A stretch of DNA of 64,000 nucleotides. Source: Lama guanicoe (taxonomy: Eukaryota). Numbering within the stretch: the stretch's first letter is position 1; every line of letters starts with the position of its first letter. Positions 1 to 11,084 of the stretch are shown here, piece after piece. Under the pieces are notes generated by a model. That model was given only the letters and a program-made list of their open reading frames with translations. It did no database searches and was not told where the DNA came from. The stretch is from NCBI GenBank assembly GCA_013239625.1, contig MU053520.1, forward strand, positions 959,103 to 1,023,102, in the 5' to 3' direction. A program made the translations under genes and the position numbers.

Positions 1-1079
1 CTGGCTTCATCTCTTGCCACATTATACTCCCACCATTCTGGCTGTTTTCTAGTTCTGAGAACACATGTCATTCCCACTTCAAAGCCTTTGAATTTGAAAT
101 TCCCTATATCAGGGTTGTTTTTGTTCCCACTTCGTATTGCCGATTCCTTCTCATCTTTCAAGGATGGAAATATTCCACTTTCATAGGTTGTCCTTTTATT
201 ATTTACTTTTAAATTTCTGTACCCAGTCTCTTTCTTTCAAAACATGCATCACAGTTTGGAATTGCATATTTATTTATTGGGCTTCTTAATGTCTATCTTC
301 CTCTGTGGATGCTGAGAACCAAAAAGATGGGATAACATGAACATGCCACTTAGCATCAAGCATAAAGTGACCATATAATTCATGGTCAATAACATCTGGT
401 AAATGAATGATCAAATATAAATAAATAAGTAATGCTACACATACATAATTGTACACTAATAAGACCACACTTCAAAGACCATGTGAAAAGCCATGGCATA
501 AATATTGTAGAAAATATATTTTTTAACCTCCCTTGCTGCTGTGTATCCAAAGTTCAAAGCAGTATGTAATAATGAATAGACAAAAAAAAAAAAAAAACTT
601 CAGAAAGACACAGAATATTAACGTCAAAATGGACTTGAAATGCTTTGCTTTAACCTTTCAGTTTTTTCTAGAACTTAGCAAAATGTAGATCCAGGCAACC
701 TTCAGAAGACAAACACAGGGACCTCTAAACAGCAGTCCTAAAAAGTAAATCCAGAGGAGAAAGACCAGAAGTTGTCTCCCAAGAGAACCATCCAAAGCTA
801 AAAGTGATGTTAAAAGTAAAAAAATCTGCACGCACACACTCCCCACCCTGCCACACTGCCTTCCCTCTCAAGTCAGCAAATTCCAACCACATTGGCATTT
901 CTCAGTCATTTTGGAAGGGCAAACTCTGCCTCAAGCAGATTGCCCATGTTGTCTTCACTTCTTGGAAGGATCTTCCTTTCATGTAACTTACTGGCTCACC
1001 TTAAAATATTACCTCCATGTTCCTGAAAAATAAACCAAGTAGCTCTGTTTTGTTCTGTTGCAGCACTTGTAAATTTTAC

Positions 1080-1317
1080 NNNNNNNNNNNNNNNNNNNNN
1101 NNNNNNNNNNNNNNNNNNNNNNNNNNNNNNNNNNNNNNNNNNNNNNNNNNNNNNNNNNNNNNNNNNNNNNNNNNNNNNNNNNNNNNNNNNNNNNNNNNNN
1201 NNNNNNNNNNNNNNNNNNNNNNNNNNNNNNNNNNNNNNNNNNNNNNNNNNNNNNNNNNNNNNNNNNNNNNNNNNNNNNNNNNNNNNNNNNNNNNNNNNNN
1301 NNNNNNNNNNNNNNNNN
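1080..1317. other. assembly gap (N run)
   Basis: Run of N. Confidence 1.
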
Positions 1318-1321
1318 TGGT

Positions 1322-1545
1322 TTCTTCTCTTTTTTTTTAATTGAAATATAGTCAATTTACAATGTGTCAATTTCTGGTGTACAGCATAATGTTTCAGTCA
1401 TACATATATACACATTTTTGTTTTCACATTTTTTTCATTATAGGTCACTGTAGGATATTGAATGCAGTTCCCTGTCCTATGCAGAAGAAACTTGTTTATC
1501 TGCTTCATATATAGTAGTTAGTAGTTGCAAATCTCGAACTCCCCA
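1322..1545 (-). mobile_element. short L1 3'-end fragment (lineage-type L1 tail)
   Basis: T-rich tail then TTGAAATATAGTCAATTTACAATG...TCTGGTGTACAGCATAATG...GCAAATCTCGAACTCCC. The same motif family occurs at 41195 and 47765. Confidence 0.8.
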
Positions 1546-1549
1546 TCTT

Positions 1550-1805
1550 CTAAGGGCTCTCTGCTTGGCTTGTAGAGGGCTGCTTTCTCCCTGTAACTGC
1601 ACATGGTCTTCTCCATGTGTGTGTTTTTGTCCTAATCTCCTCTTTTTATAAGGACATTTGTCACATTGGATTAGGGCCCATTTTAAAGATTACCCTTTAA
1701 CTTCATTACCTCTTTAAAGATCATATCTCCAAAATACAGTCACATTCTGAGGTACTGGGGATTCGGATTTCTTGAAAAGAGGGACATAATTTGGAACTTA
1801 ACACC
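1550..1805 (-). mobile_element. MaLR LTR fragment (MLT1A/B-like)
   Basis: CCTAATCTCCTCTTTTTATAAGGACA...GGATTAGGGCCCA...CAGTCACATTCTGAGGTACTGGGG are typical antisense MLT1 motifs. Confidence 0.75.
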
Positions 1806-2934
1806 ATTATATTACCAGTGTATTTCTCAGAACCTGGTACATATGGGTGCTTTTATTTAAAAAAAAATTTAAACTGACTATACTTCTATTAAAGAAATGA
1901 TATTTATAAAAGACATGAATAATTGAGTGCAATATTTCTTTGTGCAATTAAGAGAAATGAGGCACAAACTACTCTTAACGAAGTCCTGTAAAACAACTCC
2001 TCAAAACCATACTTCGAGGGAAAATACGGTGATTTTTGGCTTTTAAATATCTAACAGCCAAGTGTTCTCGGAGACATTCAGATAGGTTTCTTTTAAATGA
2101 ACACCTCAAAAAGGGACAATCCAATCAAATTTTTAGCCAGAGAAGCAAAAGAGATGAATCTTGAAGCTAAAATCTATGCATGATCTTAAAGAATCAAATG
2201 TTTTTAAGTACAGCGTTTACTCTTATTTGTATCAGGCATATGAAGAGTTTGTAAATTGTACATTTCTCGTAAATGAAGTCACTGTTCTTAAATTTGTGAA
2301 GTAAATACACTTGGAGTTGGATCTTGTTACATCAATAATTAGATAATATCTTCATAAAGTCCTCATGTTTTAGAAAAATTATGGGAATGAACATAAATAT
2401 TCATTCCTGTTCAATATGTATGCCCTCTGGAATCCCAAGATGTGAATAGCAATATCTTATAATGCGAATCAGAGTATTCATTAAATGCTTCTGGATAATC
2501 TTTAGAGAGTACATTAAAATTCAAGTGTTATTATGCATATGGGTAGCCTGTAAAACTCAAAGAAAGATTTCAAAAGTAACTGGTGAATAACTTCCTAGAA
2601 TAAAAACTTATTAATAAAAGTATCAGCCTAGAGGAAAAGGTCAAGTGGTTACATGGAGCAAAGGTTCTTAACAGTAAACCCAAGAGAAGGATATTTTGAT
2701 AAAAGATCAATATTATGTGTCATAATCACAGAATCCCAACAATACGTTGTTTGTTTCAGTGCAATTCACTTGTAAATGCTTTGTTGTTGCTGTTTTGCTG
2801 CTCTTTGCTATTTTGTTCTATTTTGTTTTGTTTTGTTTTTATACTGGTAGGATGTTTGCATATATTTGTGAAACACCAGAAAAGAGACATTTTAGAAATA
2901 TTACTATGAATTTTAATGAGTTCAATATTTTAAA

Positions 2935-5480
2935 TTTTTATTTTTTAAATATCACAAACAATTCTCTTTTGATGTACAATTCTATGAATTTTAACCCACA
3001 TATAGATACATGTAATCATGTCCATAATAGGACAGAAAGCAGTTCCACCATCCCCAAAACTCTCTTGTGCTATCTCCTTATAGTAAAACTCTTCCCTCAA
3101 ACCCAACCCCTGGGACCCAATGATGGTCTCCCTCTCCAGAATTTTGTGTATGAGAATGTCATATAAATGGAAGCACCTCTTACTTGGCTTTTTGAGACTA
3201 GTTTCTTTCATTCAGCATAATACCTTCAAGTCTTGTTCAACTTGCATGTATCAATAATTCATTCCTTTTTATTACTGAATACTATTCCATTTTATGGATT
3301 CATCACACACATTTACTCATTCATTGAAGGACATTGGGTTTTTCTTTTATTTTTTTTTATTTTATTATGATTTTTTTCTTAATTCCTGTGTTTTAGGATT
3401 TGTCAGAATTAGGAACTATCTCCCCAACTGGTTGAGTTCTAATTTAGGTTTTTTGTTTTTGGGTGTGTTTTTTTTTTAAACCAATACCATTGAGATATAA
3501 GTAGCACCCATTTAAATTTGCTGTTAGATGGATTTGGAAAAGTGTATAAATCTGTGTAACCACCACCAAAATGAAGATACAGAACATTTTTATCACCCCC
3601 CCCAAATTCTCTCCTATCCCTTTGCAGTTAATCCCCTCCATCCCCTGCAGTCCCATCAACCACTTACCTGTCACTATACATTATTTTGTATTTTCTAGCA
3701 TTTTATATAAATAGATTCATACAGTACATATTCTTGTAAGGCACTTATTCCATTCCTGAGGGCTCCACCCTCATGCTTAAGCACCTCGACATTGGGTTTT
3801 TCTTGTTTTGGCAATATAAATAGAGCTGCTATAAGCATTAATATGCAGTTTTTTATGTGAATGTAAATTTTCATTTCTCTAAGGTAAATGCCTAGGAGTC
3901 AGACTGCTGGGCTATGTAAATTGTGTATGTTTAAATGAGTAAGAAACCATCTAATTATTTTTCAGAATGACTATGAAATGCTGAGTTCTCACTAGCAGTG
4001 TCTCTCAATCCAGTTTTTTCACATCTCACTAGAATTTATTGTCAGCATTTTTTCCATCATAGCCATTCTAACAGGAAGTACAATGATTTCCCATCCTGGC
4101 TGTAATTTGCGTTTTCCTAAAGGTGAATAATGCTGAACATCTTTTCATGTGTGTATTTGCTGTTCTTATATTCTCTGCGGTGAAATTTTTGTTCAAATCC
4201 TTTGCCTACTTTTTCAGATAGTTGATTATTTTCTTACTGTAGCACTTTACTTATTTTTACATTATTTCCATAGAAGTCTTTTAGTGAATAAGTGACTTGC
4301 CAATACTTTCTCTAACTTGGTGGCTTGTCTTCACTCTTTTAAAGAGTTTTCTGCAAAGAAAAAAATTAATTTTGGTGAAATCCAATTTGTCATTTTTAAT
4401 GGGTTATACTTTTGGTTATCTAAGAACTTTATGCCTTAGCCTAGGTCACTAAGATTTTTCTCCTATTTCTTTTTCTAGGAGATTTGTATTCTTATGTTTT
4501 GTATTTATAATCCATTTTGAGTTAATTTTTTTTGTATAAGTGCAAGGTGTAGTTTGAGGTTTAAATTTTTACATATGCATAATCAATAGTTTCAGTGTCA
4601 TCTGTTAAAAAGTCCAACCTTTCTTCATTGATTTGCTTTTGCACCTTTGTCAAAAGCCAGTTGTCCATGTTTGTTTGGGTCTATTTCTAAACTATTCTTC
4701 TTCCATTAAGCTATGCCTTCATACTTTTGGCAAATCCACAATGTTTTGATTATTGCAGCCCTTTATAATTAGCCTTGAAATTGGTAGCCTAATTCCTCCC
4801 ACTTAATTCTTCTCTTTCTAAATTATTATAGCTGTTTCAGTTCTTTCGCTCTTTCATATAAATTTTACAGTCACCTGAGGTATAGCCACAAAACCATCTC
4901 CTGGAATTTTGATTAGTATTGTGTTAAATTTATGGATCAGCCTGAAGAGAACTGACACATTTATTATATTGAATATTCAAATCTATGAACATTGTATATG
5001 TCTCTATTTAAGTCTCTGATTTCTTTCACCAGTATTTTTTTAATCCAGTTTTTAGCATGCAAATTCTGTGTATGTTTTGTGAGATAGATAAGCATTTCAT
5101 TTTTTAAAGTTGTAATTGGTTTCATTCTTTCTTTTAAATTTTGGTTTCTAGTTGTGCATTAGTATATAGAAATACAATTGACTTTTGTGTGTTGATTTGG
5201 TATCTGATGACCTTGCTAAACTCACTTATTTGTTCTAAATGTGTGTGTGTGGTTGTGCATATATATATATATATTCCCTGGGATTTCCTACACACATAAT
5301 CATGGTGACTTTAAGTGGAAATAGTTTTATTTCTTCCTTTGTAATTTGCATGTCTTTAACTTCTTTTCTTTGCCTCATTGCACTGGCTAAAAACACTAGT
5401 ACTATGTTGAAGAGGAATAGCAAACACAAATATCCTTTCCTTCTTCTCAACCTTCAAGGGAAAACATTCAGACACTTTGG
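2935..5480 (-). mobile_element. old L1 (L1MC/MD-like) 3' UTR and degenerate ORF2 3' region, interrupted at 3347-3787
   Basis: Antisense L1 motifs (GAACATCTTTTCATGTG, CCATTTTGAGTTAATTTT, TGACCTTGCTAAACTCACTTATT). The track ORF 5235-5450(-) gives RT-like LLFLFNIVLVFLASAMRQRKEVKDMQITKEEIKLF. Confidence 0.85.
3347..3787 (-). mobile_element. orphan retroposed fragment (poly(A) tail + unique DNA + old L1 3' piece + MaLR piece) with 17-bp TSD
   Basis: Identical GACATTGGGTTTTTCTT at 3330-3346 and 3788-3804. A T-rich tail with TTTATT lies just inside the left copy, and the host L1 reads through when the insert is removed. Confidence 0.75.
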
Positions 5481-7681
5481 ATAAGCCTGCCACTTTTGAT
5501 GCCCTAGGGTGTGTGAGAAGCCAGTAACCAGGTCTTTAACTTTATCTTGCCAACTGAGGCTGTTTCTGTCTTGTTCAGGTGACATCTTGAGAGCCAACTC
5601 TATCTCTCTCCAGCACTCTCTGGGGAAAGAAAGAAGAGAATCTTCTCAAGTGATCAAAAATCCAAAAGTGACTGTTGACTGCTGCAAACCACATCCATCT
5701 TGATGACAAGCTTGTCCACATTCAAAAAAGCCTTCTAACCTGGGATCAGTATTTCTTTTAACCTATGATTTAAGTTTGTATTCTCTTTCTTAAACTAAAA
5801 TAAACTAAAATTATCCATGTTTTCTCTTTTCAAATGTGCTTGCATTAAGCATTCCTTAATTCCTTTGAATCTCCTGATGATCTTGAAGTGACGTAATATA
5901 ATGTCCAAGGAAACTACAGAAAATAATTCTTCAACAAATATTAACACACATGCATAGAATACATGGGATGCATGTTTACAAGTACATGCTATTATACTTG
6001 TGTTCCTATTAAATATAAGATATGTGTGAATGTAATATATGAGTGTACAATTATATAAACTCCTCTGAAAACCTAGAAACAATTAATAGTGTTTAGCACT
6101 AATAAGTCTTTCAGTTGGGCCTCAAAAATAATGTCCTTTGAATGAGCAAATAAAGCATATAATACTGACTCTTCCCCGTATATCAGGACTGTGTTAAAGA
6201 CTCAGTGAAAAATAGGCATAAAGGCTTTTTAAATCCTTAGAGAAAGTTTTGTGTAAACCCTTTTTGTATTTGCATACCTCATATGTATGCTAATAACAAA
6301 GTTTCTTTGGAGATGATTTTCTGCTCAGGGCACTATATATTGAAGGTGATATCAGTTTTGTTTATCTTGTGAGAAAATAAGGCAACATTCGTATATCAAG
6401 AAGAATAACACACAAGCTCAAAAACAGTCACAAAAGAAAAAATGATGTATTATTTTAATAACATTTTGCATTCTTTTTGCACATTTTATCATAAAGATCA
6501 ATAAAATGTCCCAACTGATAATAAATGTAGGAATTATTCAACCTCCTGTCTTAACAAATTGTCTCAGGAATGGAAGACAATAACTGTATTTTTACCCACC
6601 CAGCCACGCAGCTCAACAATTTATGCTAGAAAATCCAAATCTCAAGAAGAATTGTAGACTTTCCAGGAGCGATGTCAGTCAGAGCTTGAGTCAGGGAGAG
6701 GCTGACCCAAGAAAGTAATCAAAATCCACATAGTAGGGTGTTGCACCTTGAAATATAAATCTAGTTTTTAACAAATAGAAATACAATCTATGGCAATTGC
6801 TCATTGTTGTTTTCTTAAACTTTCAAAATAGGACTTTATCACATACGTTTCAAAGTTACTGACACAAAGTAAAAGGGGGCGAATTAAGGACTTTCCCACA
6901 GTTAGCCTAACTTCTTCTAGTGGGTGGGGGTGATGAGATGTCTCCCTGAGAGTTCCTAGCACACTGAGAATGTGCTATGTGATTCTTACACAGTCTATCC
7001 ATTGCAAAGCTCTCCATCTTCAGTGAAATAACAACCTCCTTCCGGCGTGTTGTTGCTAGGTTACCAGTAAATAGAGCTCCCGTAGTGCAATATATTCATA
7101 CAGGAAGAGTCAGGAGATAAGTAAGAAAATAACTACAATAACTCTGTCATGCTTATGCAACTGGATGCATTAATATACATCCAGAGGCATTTTTCTAGGC
7201 AGAAGGAAGAAAGATTTATTTTCCATTTTGAATCTTCTTAGTAATTGAGTGTCTCCCCTATATCCCAAACACCTTGAAAGCATTTCACTTAAAGACACTG
7301 CTTAATCCAAAAGTCTAGATTCCTGGATTTCTCAATCAATATTGCCGCTGATTGGCTCGAGTGCTGACATTTGACAGAGAAAAATTACAAATGTCATTTT
7401 TGGAGGGGACCTTGAGTTTACATATTCTAGCCCACAACCTTAAAAAGAAGTTCAAACTAACTCAGTTTGAAGGATCATGTGGTTTATTATGGAAGGGGTC
7501 CACCAGACAATGCTGCTTCTACTAAGGGCTCAGTGTAGTTAATACATTTACTTGCCTTTGTTATACAAACTCATGGCCATTTATGTACTATAATCACTGG
7601 ACAAAACTTTAAACATGAGATGCCCATGCCAGGAACTTGTAGATGGGGCCTGGCATCAATATGTTTTAAAAGCTCCATTGG

Positions 7682-8040
7682 ATAGTGGGCTGGGGCTGCC
7701 TGAGCCACTGGTCCTGCACAGAGATGCTTCAAAGCCTTGTTAAGAATGTTTGGATCCTCATGAAGCCCTACTATGCCCAAGTTTACCAAGAGATTTGGGT
7801 AGGTATGGGGTTGATGGGCTGCGTCTTTTATAAAATCAGGAGTGCTGATAAAAGAAGTAAAGCCTTGAAAGATCCCAGTCCTCTGCTTGCTCATGGCCAC
7901 CATTAGCCAGCTTTAAATGGAAAGAACATTGTTCTGGCTGTATTGGTTGGGGATGTGGGGCATCGTGTTGGCTGGAAGACATTCTGCTGCCCTCATGCAT
8001 GAATAAACATACCTCTGAGATCCTCCCCCACCAAAAAAAA
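7682..8040 (+). pseudogene. ATP5MJ: processed retrocopy of ATP synthase membrane subunit j / 6.8 kDa proteolipid (ATP5MPL, C14orf2) mRNA
   Basis: Intronless, with short 5' UTR, ORF 7724-7906, AATAAA 8002-8007 and A-run 8033-8040. TSD AAAAGCTCCATTGG (7668-7681) vs AAAAATTCCATTGG (8036-8049). TTTT/AAAA L1-endonuclease-type site at 7664-7671. Confidence 0.93.
7724..7906 (+). CDS. ATP5MJ: intact 60-aa ORF of the ATP5MJ retrocopy (expression unproven)
   Basis: [60 protein letters not shown] matches the 6.8PL family pattern (MLQS..K..W..MKPYY...YQEIW.G.GLM....[13 protein letters not shown]...GHH). No stop or frameshift; purine at -3. Confidence 0.45.
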   Translation: MLQSLVKNVWILMKPYYAQVYQEIWVGMGLMGCVFYKIRSADKRSKALKDPSPLLAHGHH

Positions 8041-8910
8041 TTCCATTGGTCAATATGATGAGCAATTTGATTTGCAAAGTAGAGACTTGTCAGCCTGCAG
8101 ATCATCAAATAGCACATTCTTCCTTCAGAAGGTTTTAAGATGAAAGGGCAGAGGAACATATACATTTAGAATTGTGCATGATTCTGTTAATATTAGTAGA
8201 ATATCAAAATCACAATATGTCAAGAGGGAAAATCTTAAATGAATTTATTTCTTTCACCAGGCCTCTCCTATCTTTTTCATTCACACTCAAGAAATTATAT
8301 TGCTTTAGAGAAAATAAAAGGACAGAATGAGCAACTAACTCCATCTGTAAATTTTTTTAAATAAAGCTAGATTCCAAAATTGCACCTCTAAAGTGTGAAT
8401 TCGGGATTTGAACATTTTTGCAAATGAAGGGTAAAAAATAAAACCTACCAGAAAATGGAAAATAAAATCTTTTCCACTTACCACTTTATAAAAGTGACTG
8501 TAAAAATGTGCAAAAAAATGTGCAAAATCACCAGTGATATTCATGCAATCCCTGAAAAATAGGTTTGAGTAGGCTAGAGGATTAAATACGAGTGGAACTG
8601 TGTGAATTATGCATAACCAAAAAAAATAATCCAAAAGGGTATAGAATGTACTGAATTTTTTAAGTTCTATTTTTCTATATTGATGGTTCAGAAAGGAGGG
8701 ACGCATTTTTTCCTTTTTTTTTTTTTCTCCACTTTACAAAAAGAGGTCTTATTCCTTAGTCCCTCATCATAGACACTCAGGTTAAGTAGTAAAAACTATT
8801 GATAACTTTCCCTTCAGGAAAACTCAGAAAAGTGCAGATCTAGTAGGATTCTCAACATTTGAAAGAGAAATTTTTTTGAATTTATATTTTTCCCTTTCAG
8901 TTTTTTTTAT

Positions 8911-9112
8911 TTTAACCTCTGGGCGGGAAACCCTGCAAGATAAAAACCAAGTTTTTCCTCTAATTCTTAGATGGAAATCACCAGCTTGTTGACTCTCAGT
9001 TTTTGTTTGTTTGTTTGTTTGTTTGCTTTAACCTCTGGGCTGGAAACCCTGCAAGACAAAGACCAAGGTTTTCCTCTGATTCTTAGGTGGGAACCACCAG
9101 CTTGTTGACTCT
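8911..9112 (+). repeat. ~86-bp direct duplication (8911-8996 and 9027-9112) separated by (TTTG)n
   Basis: TTTAACCTCTGGGC.GGAAACCCTGCAAGA.AAA.ACCAAG.TTTTCCTCT.ATTCTTAG.TGG.AA.CACCAGCTTGTTGACTCT occurs twice. Confidence 0.9.
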
Positions 9113-9424
9113 AGCTGCCTTTCCTCTGCATTATCAGCCTCAGGCTGACCAGTCAGCTGCCTCTGGGAAGAGGACTGAATTGCATTCAGGCCTGTCAGAG
9201 TGGCCTCTGATTCCTCCAACCCTCAGGCAAAGGCTTCAAAGTCTATCCTCGAGCTCTGGCCTTGCCCCCACCTTGTACTTGAATGTTTCCCAAAATCCAA
9301 GATAGAATTTTAGCACAAATCAAACAGTGAGGAGCTTGTGGAAAATGAATATTCTTGACTGGCAACAGTTCCTAACAAGGAGCCATCTATGTTTCAGAGC
9401 TTGTCACTAGCACTGAATGTCCAC

Positions 9425-9650
9425 ATCTGTGTACGTGCATAGAAAACTCTGGAAAAGTAATGTACTTCACTGGTAACAGTGGTTATCTCTGGGACAGGGA
9501 GTGGGATTGAAGTCGGTGGTTGAAGTAACTTTCATTTGTTTTATAGTATTTTAATTTTGTATAATTAATTTATAATTTGAAATGTGTAATGTTTAATTTT
9601 ATATCAATAGTTAATGTGAATTTAAAATATACTTAACATTAAATAGAACA
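9425..9650 (+). mobile_element. ancient L1ME-type 3'-end fragment
   Basis: GCATAGAAAACTCTGGAAAAG...GGTAACAGTGGTTATCTCTGGG...GTGGGATTG. Confidence 0.55.
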
Positions 9651-10639
9651 AAAAGTTCTATGGAATATTCTGTAAAATAGGGCTTTATCTTTATCTTGCA
9701 GGGTTTACCGCCCAGAGGTTAAAAAAACAAAACTTAAAAATGTCAAAAGCAGAAATTCAAAAAGATTTCTCTTTCGAATGTTGAGAGTCCTACTAGATCC
9801 TCACTTTTCTGAGTTTTCCTGAAAGGAAAGTTACCAATAGTTTTTACTACTTAACCTGAGTGTCTATGATGAGGGACTAAGGAATAAAACCTCTTTTTGT
9901 AAAGTGGAGGAAAAAAACTAAAAACATTTGTCCCTCCTTTCTGAACCATCAATACAGAAAAATAGAATTTAAAAAAATCAGTACATTCTATACCCTTTGG
10001 GATTATTTTTTTGGTCATGCATAATTCACACAGTTCCACTCATATTTAATCATCAAACCTATTTTTCCAGGATTGCAATGCCAGTGGTGATTTTGCACAT
10101 TTTTTACAGTCACTTTCATAAAGTGGTAAGTGTTGCCTACTGACCCAAAGGACTAGGTTGATTACAGATTTTATAATATTGTTAATGAACATAAGGTAGG
10201 CGGGAGGGAGGATATGCGTGTGATCCCCAGTTCTCCATTTCCATTCCATGACATCAATGAGATGGCACATAACTTCAAAATCCTCTCCAAACAGTGCTCC
10301 AAAAGGCCACTACTAATCTGTAAGTGCTGGCCCATACTACCATATAAAGTCTTCTCTGGTGGCCTGTTTCTTAATGAAGCAGACACTAAACCTCTGTACT
10401 GGGTCTTCTTTCTGTGAGGGTGTATCTGAGTAGCTCAGGGAGCTTTCCCAAGTTCCAACATTAGAAAGTCTGATTTTGTGCAAGTATGATTAGACCTTGG
10501 GTGCACCTGTTGCAGACAAAACCCCCAACTGATTCTGATAAGCTGGCTATGAATTGTCATTATGAATCCAGCTCTTTTGCCCCTTTCCCTGTCTGCCCAT
10601 TCCTGTCTCCCTCTAATCCTAGAGGAAACTAATTATAGG

Positions 10640-11084
10640 AATGAGATCACTGTGCAGTTTAACCGAACTCTTGACTTATGCTCTACTGAATGCACACAAT
10701 ACCTCGTCTAACCTGTTAATTATTTTCCAAGATTAAAAAATAAAGTAAGAATAAAGAACTAAGTAAAGAATGACTAGCTCTCTACCCCCAATTCTGCGGA
10801 CAGATTGCTAGGGCAAGATAACATCTTTCTCCAGATGAGGAGCCAGCCAGTCTACACGCAGTGGGGAATGATGCAGACAGAATCTATCCCCCTGCCTTGA
10901 TGATCCACTTTCCCCCTTTTCCACTTGAAAATTGTTGTGGCCAAGTAGACTCTTCAGGACACAAGTCTACCATCTCCCCCAGATTGCTAGCTTTCTGATT
11001 AAAGCATCTTTTTCTTTTTACCAACACTTGCCTCTCGAGTATTGGCTTTTGAGTGGCAAGCAGGCAAATGTGAGTTTGGTAACA
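10640..11084 (+). mobile_element. ERV1-class LTR (5' boundary uncertain)
   Basis: ATTAAA signal followed by U5-like ACTTGCCTCTCGAGTATTGGCTTTTGAGTGGCAAGCAG...GAGTTTGGTAACA terminus. Confidence 0.7.

Larger units (their letters stand above)
8475..10132. repeat. long inverted repeat (arms ~8475-8944 and ~9690-10132, spacer ~745 bp)
   Basis: Left arm starts CACTTACCACTTTAT; right arm ends ATAAAGTGGTAAGTG. 8749-8801 is the exact reverse complement of 9835-9887 (53 bp). Inner ends are CCCTGCAAGATAAA / TTTATCTTGCAGGG. Confidence 0.95.

Noticed and set aside
996..1370. ORFs spanning N runs (also 56253-56639)
   Set aside because: Artefacts of gaps.
7685..7723. 13-codon N-terminal extension of the ATP5MJ-like ORF in the track
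   Set aside because: It starts at GTG inside the retrocopied 5' UTR; family homology begins at ATG 7724.
7571..8165. Minus-strand ORFs of 110 and 109 aa
   Set aside because: Antisense shadows of the retrocopy with no recognisable protein features.
8912..9722. piggyBac-like element (TTAA-flanked inverted termini)
   Set aside because: The inverted symmetry continues ~430 bp outward past the TTAA sites, so these are not element ends.
10120..10132. Splice-donor consensus G|GTAAGT at the outer end of each palindrome arm
   Set aside because: No matching acceptor or coherent exon found; cannot be distinguished from chance.
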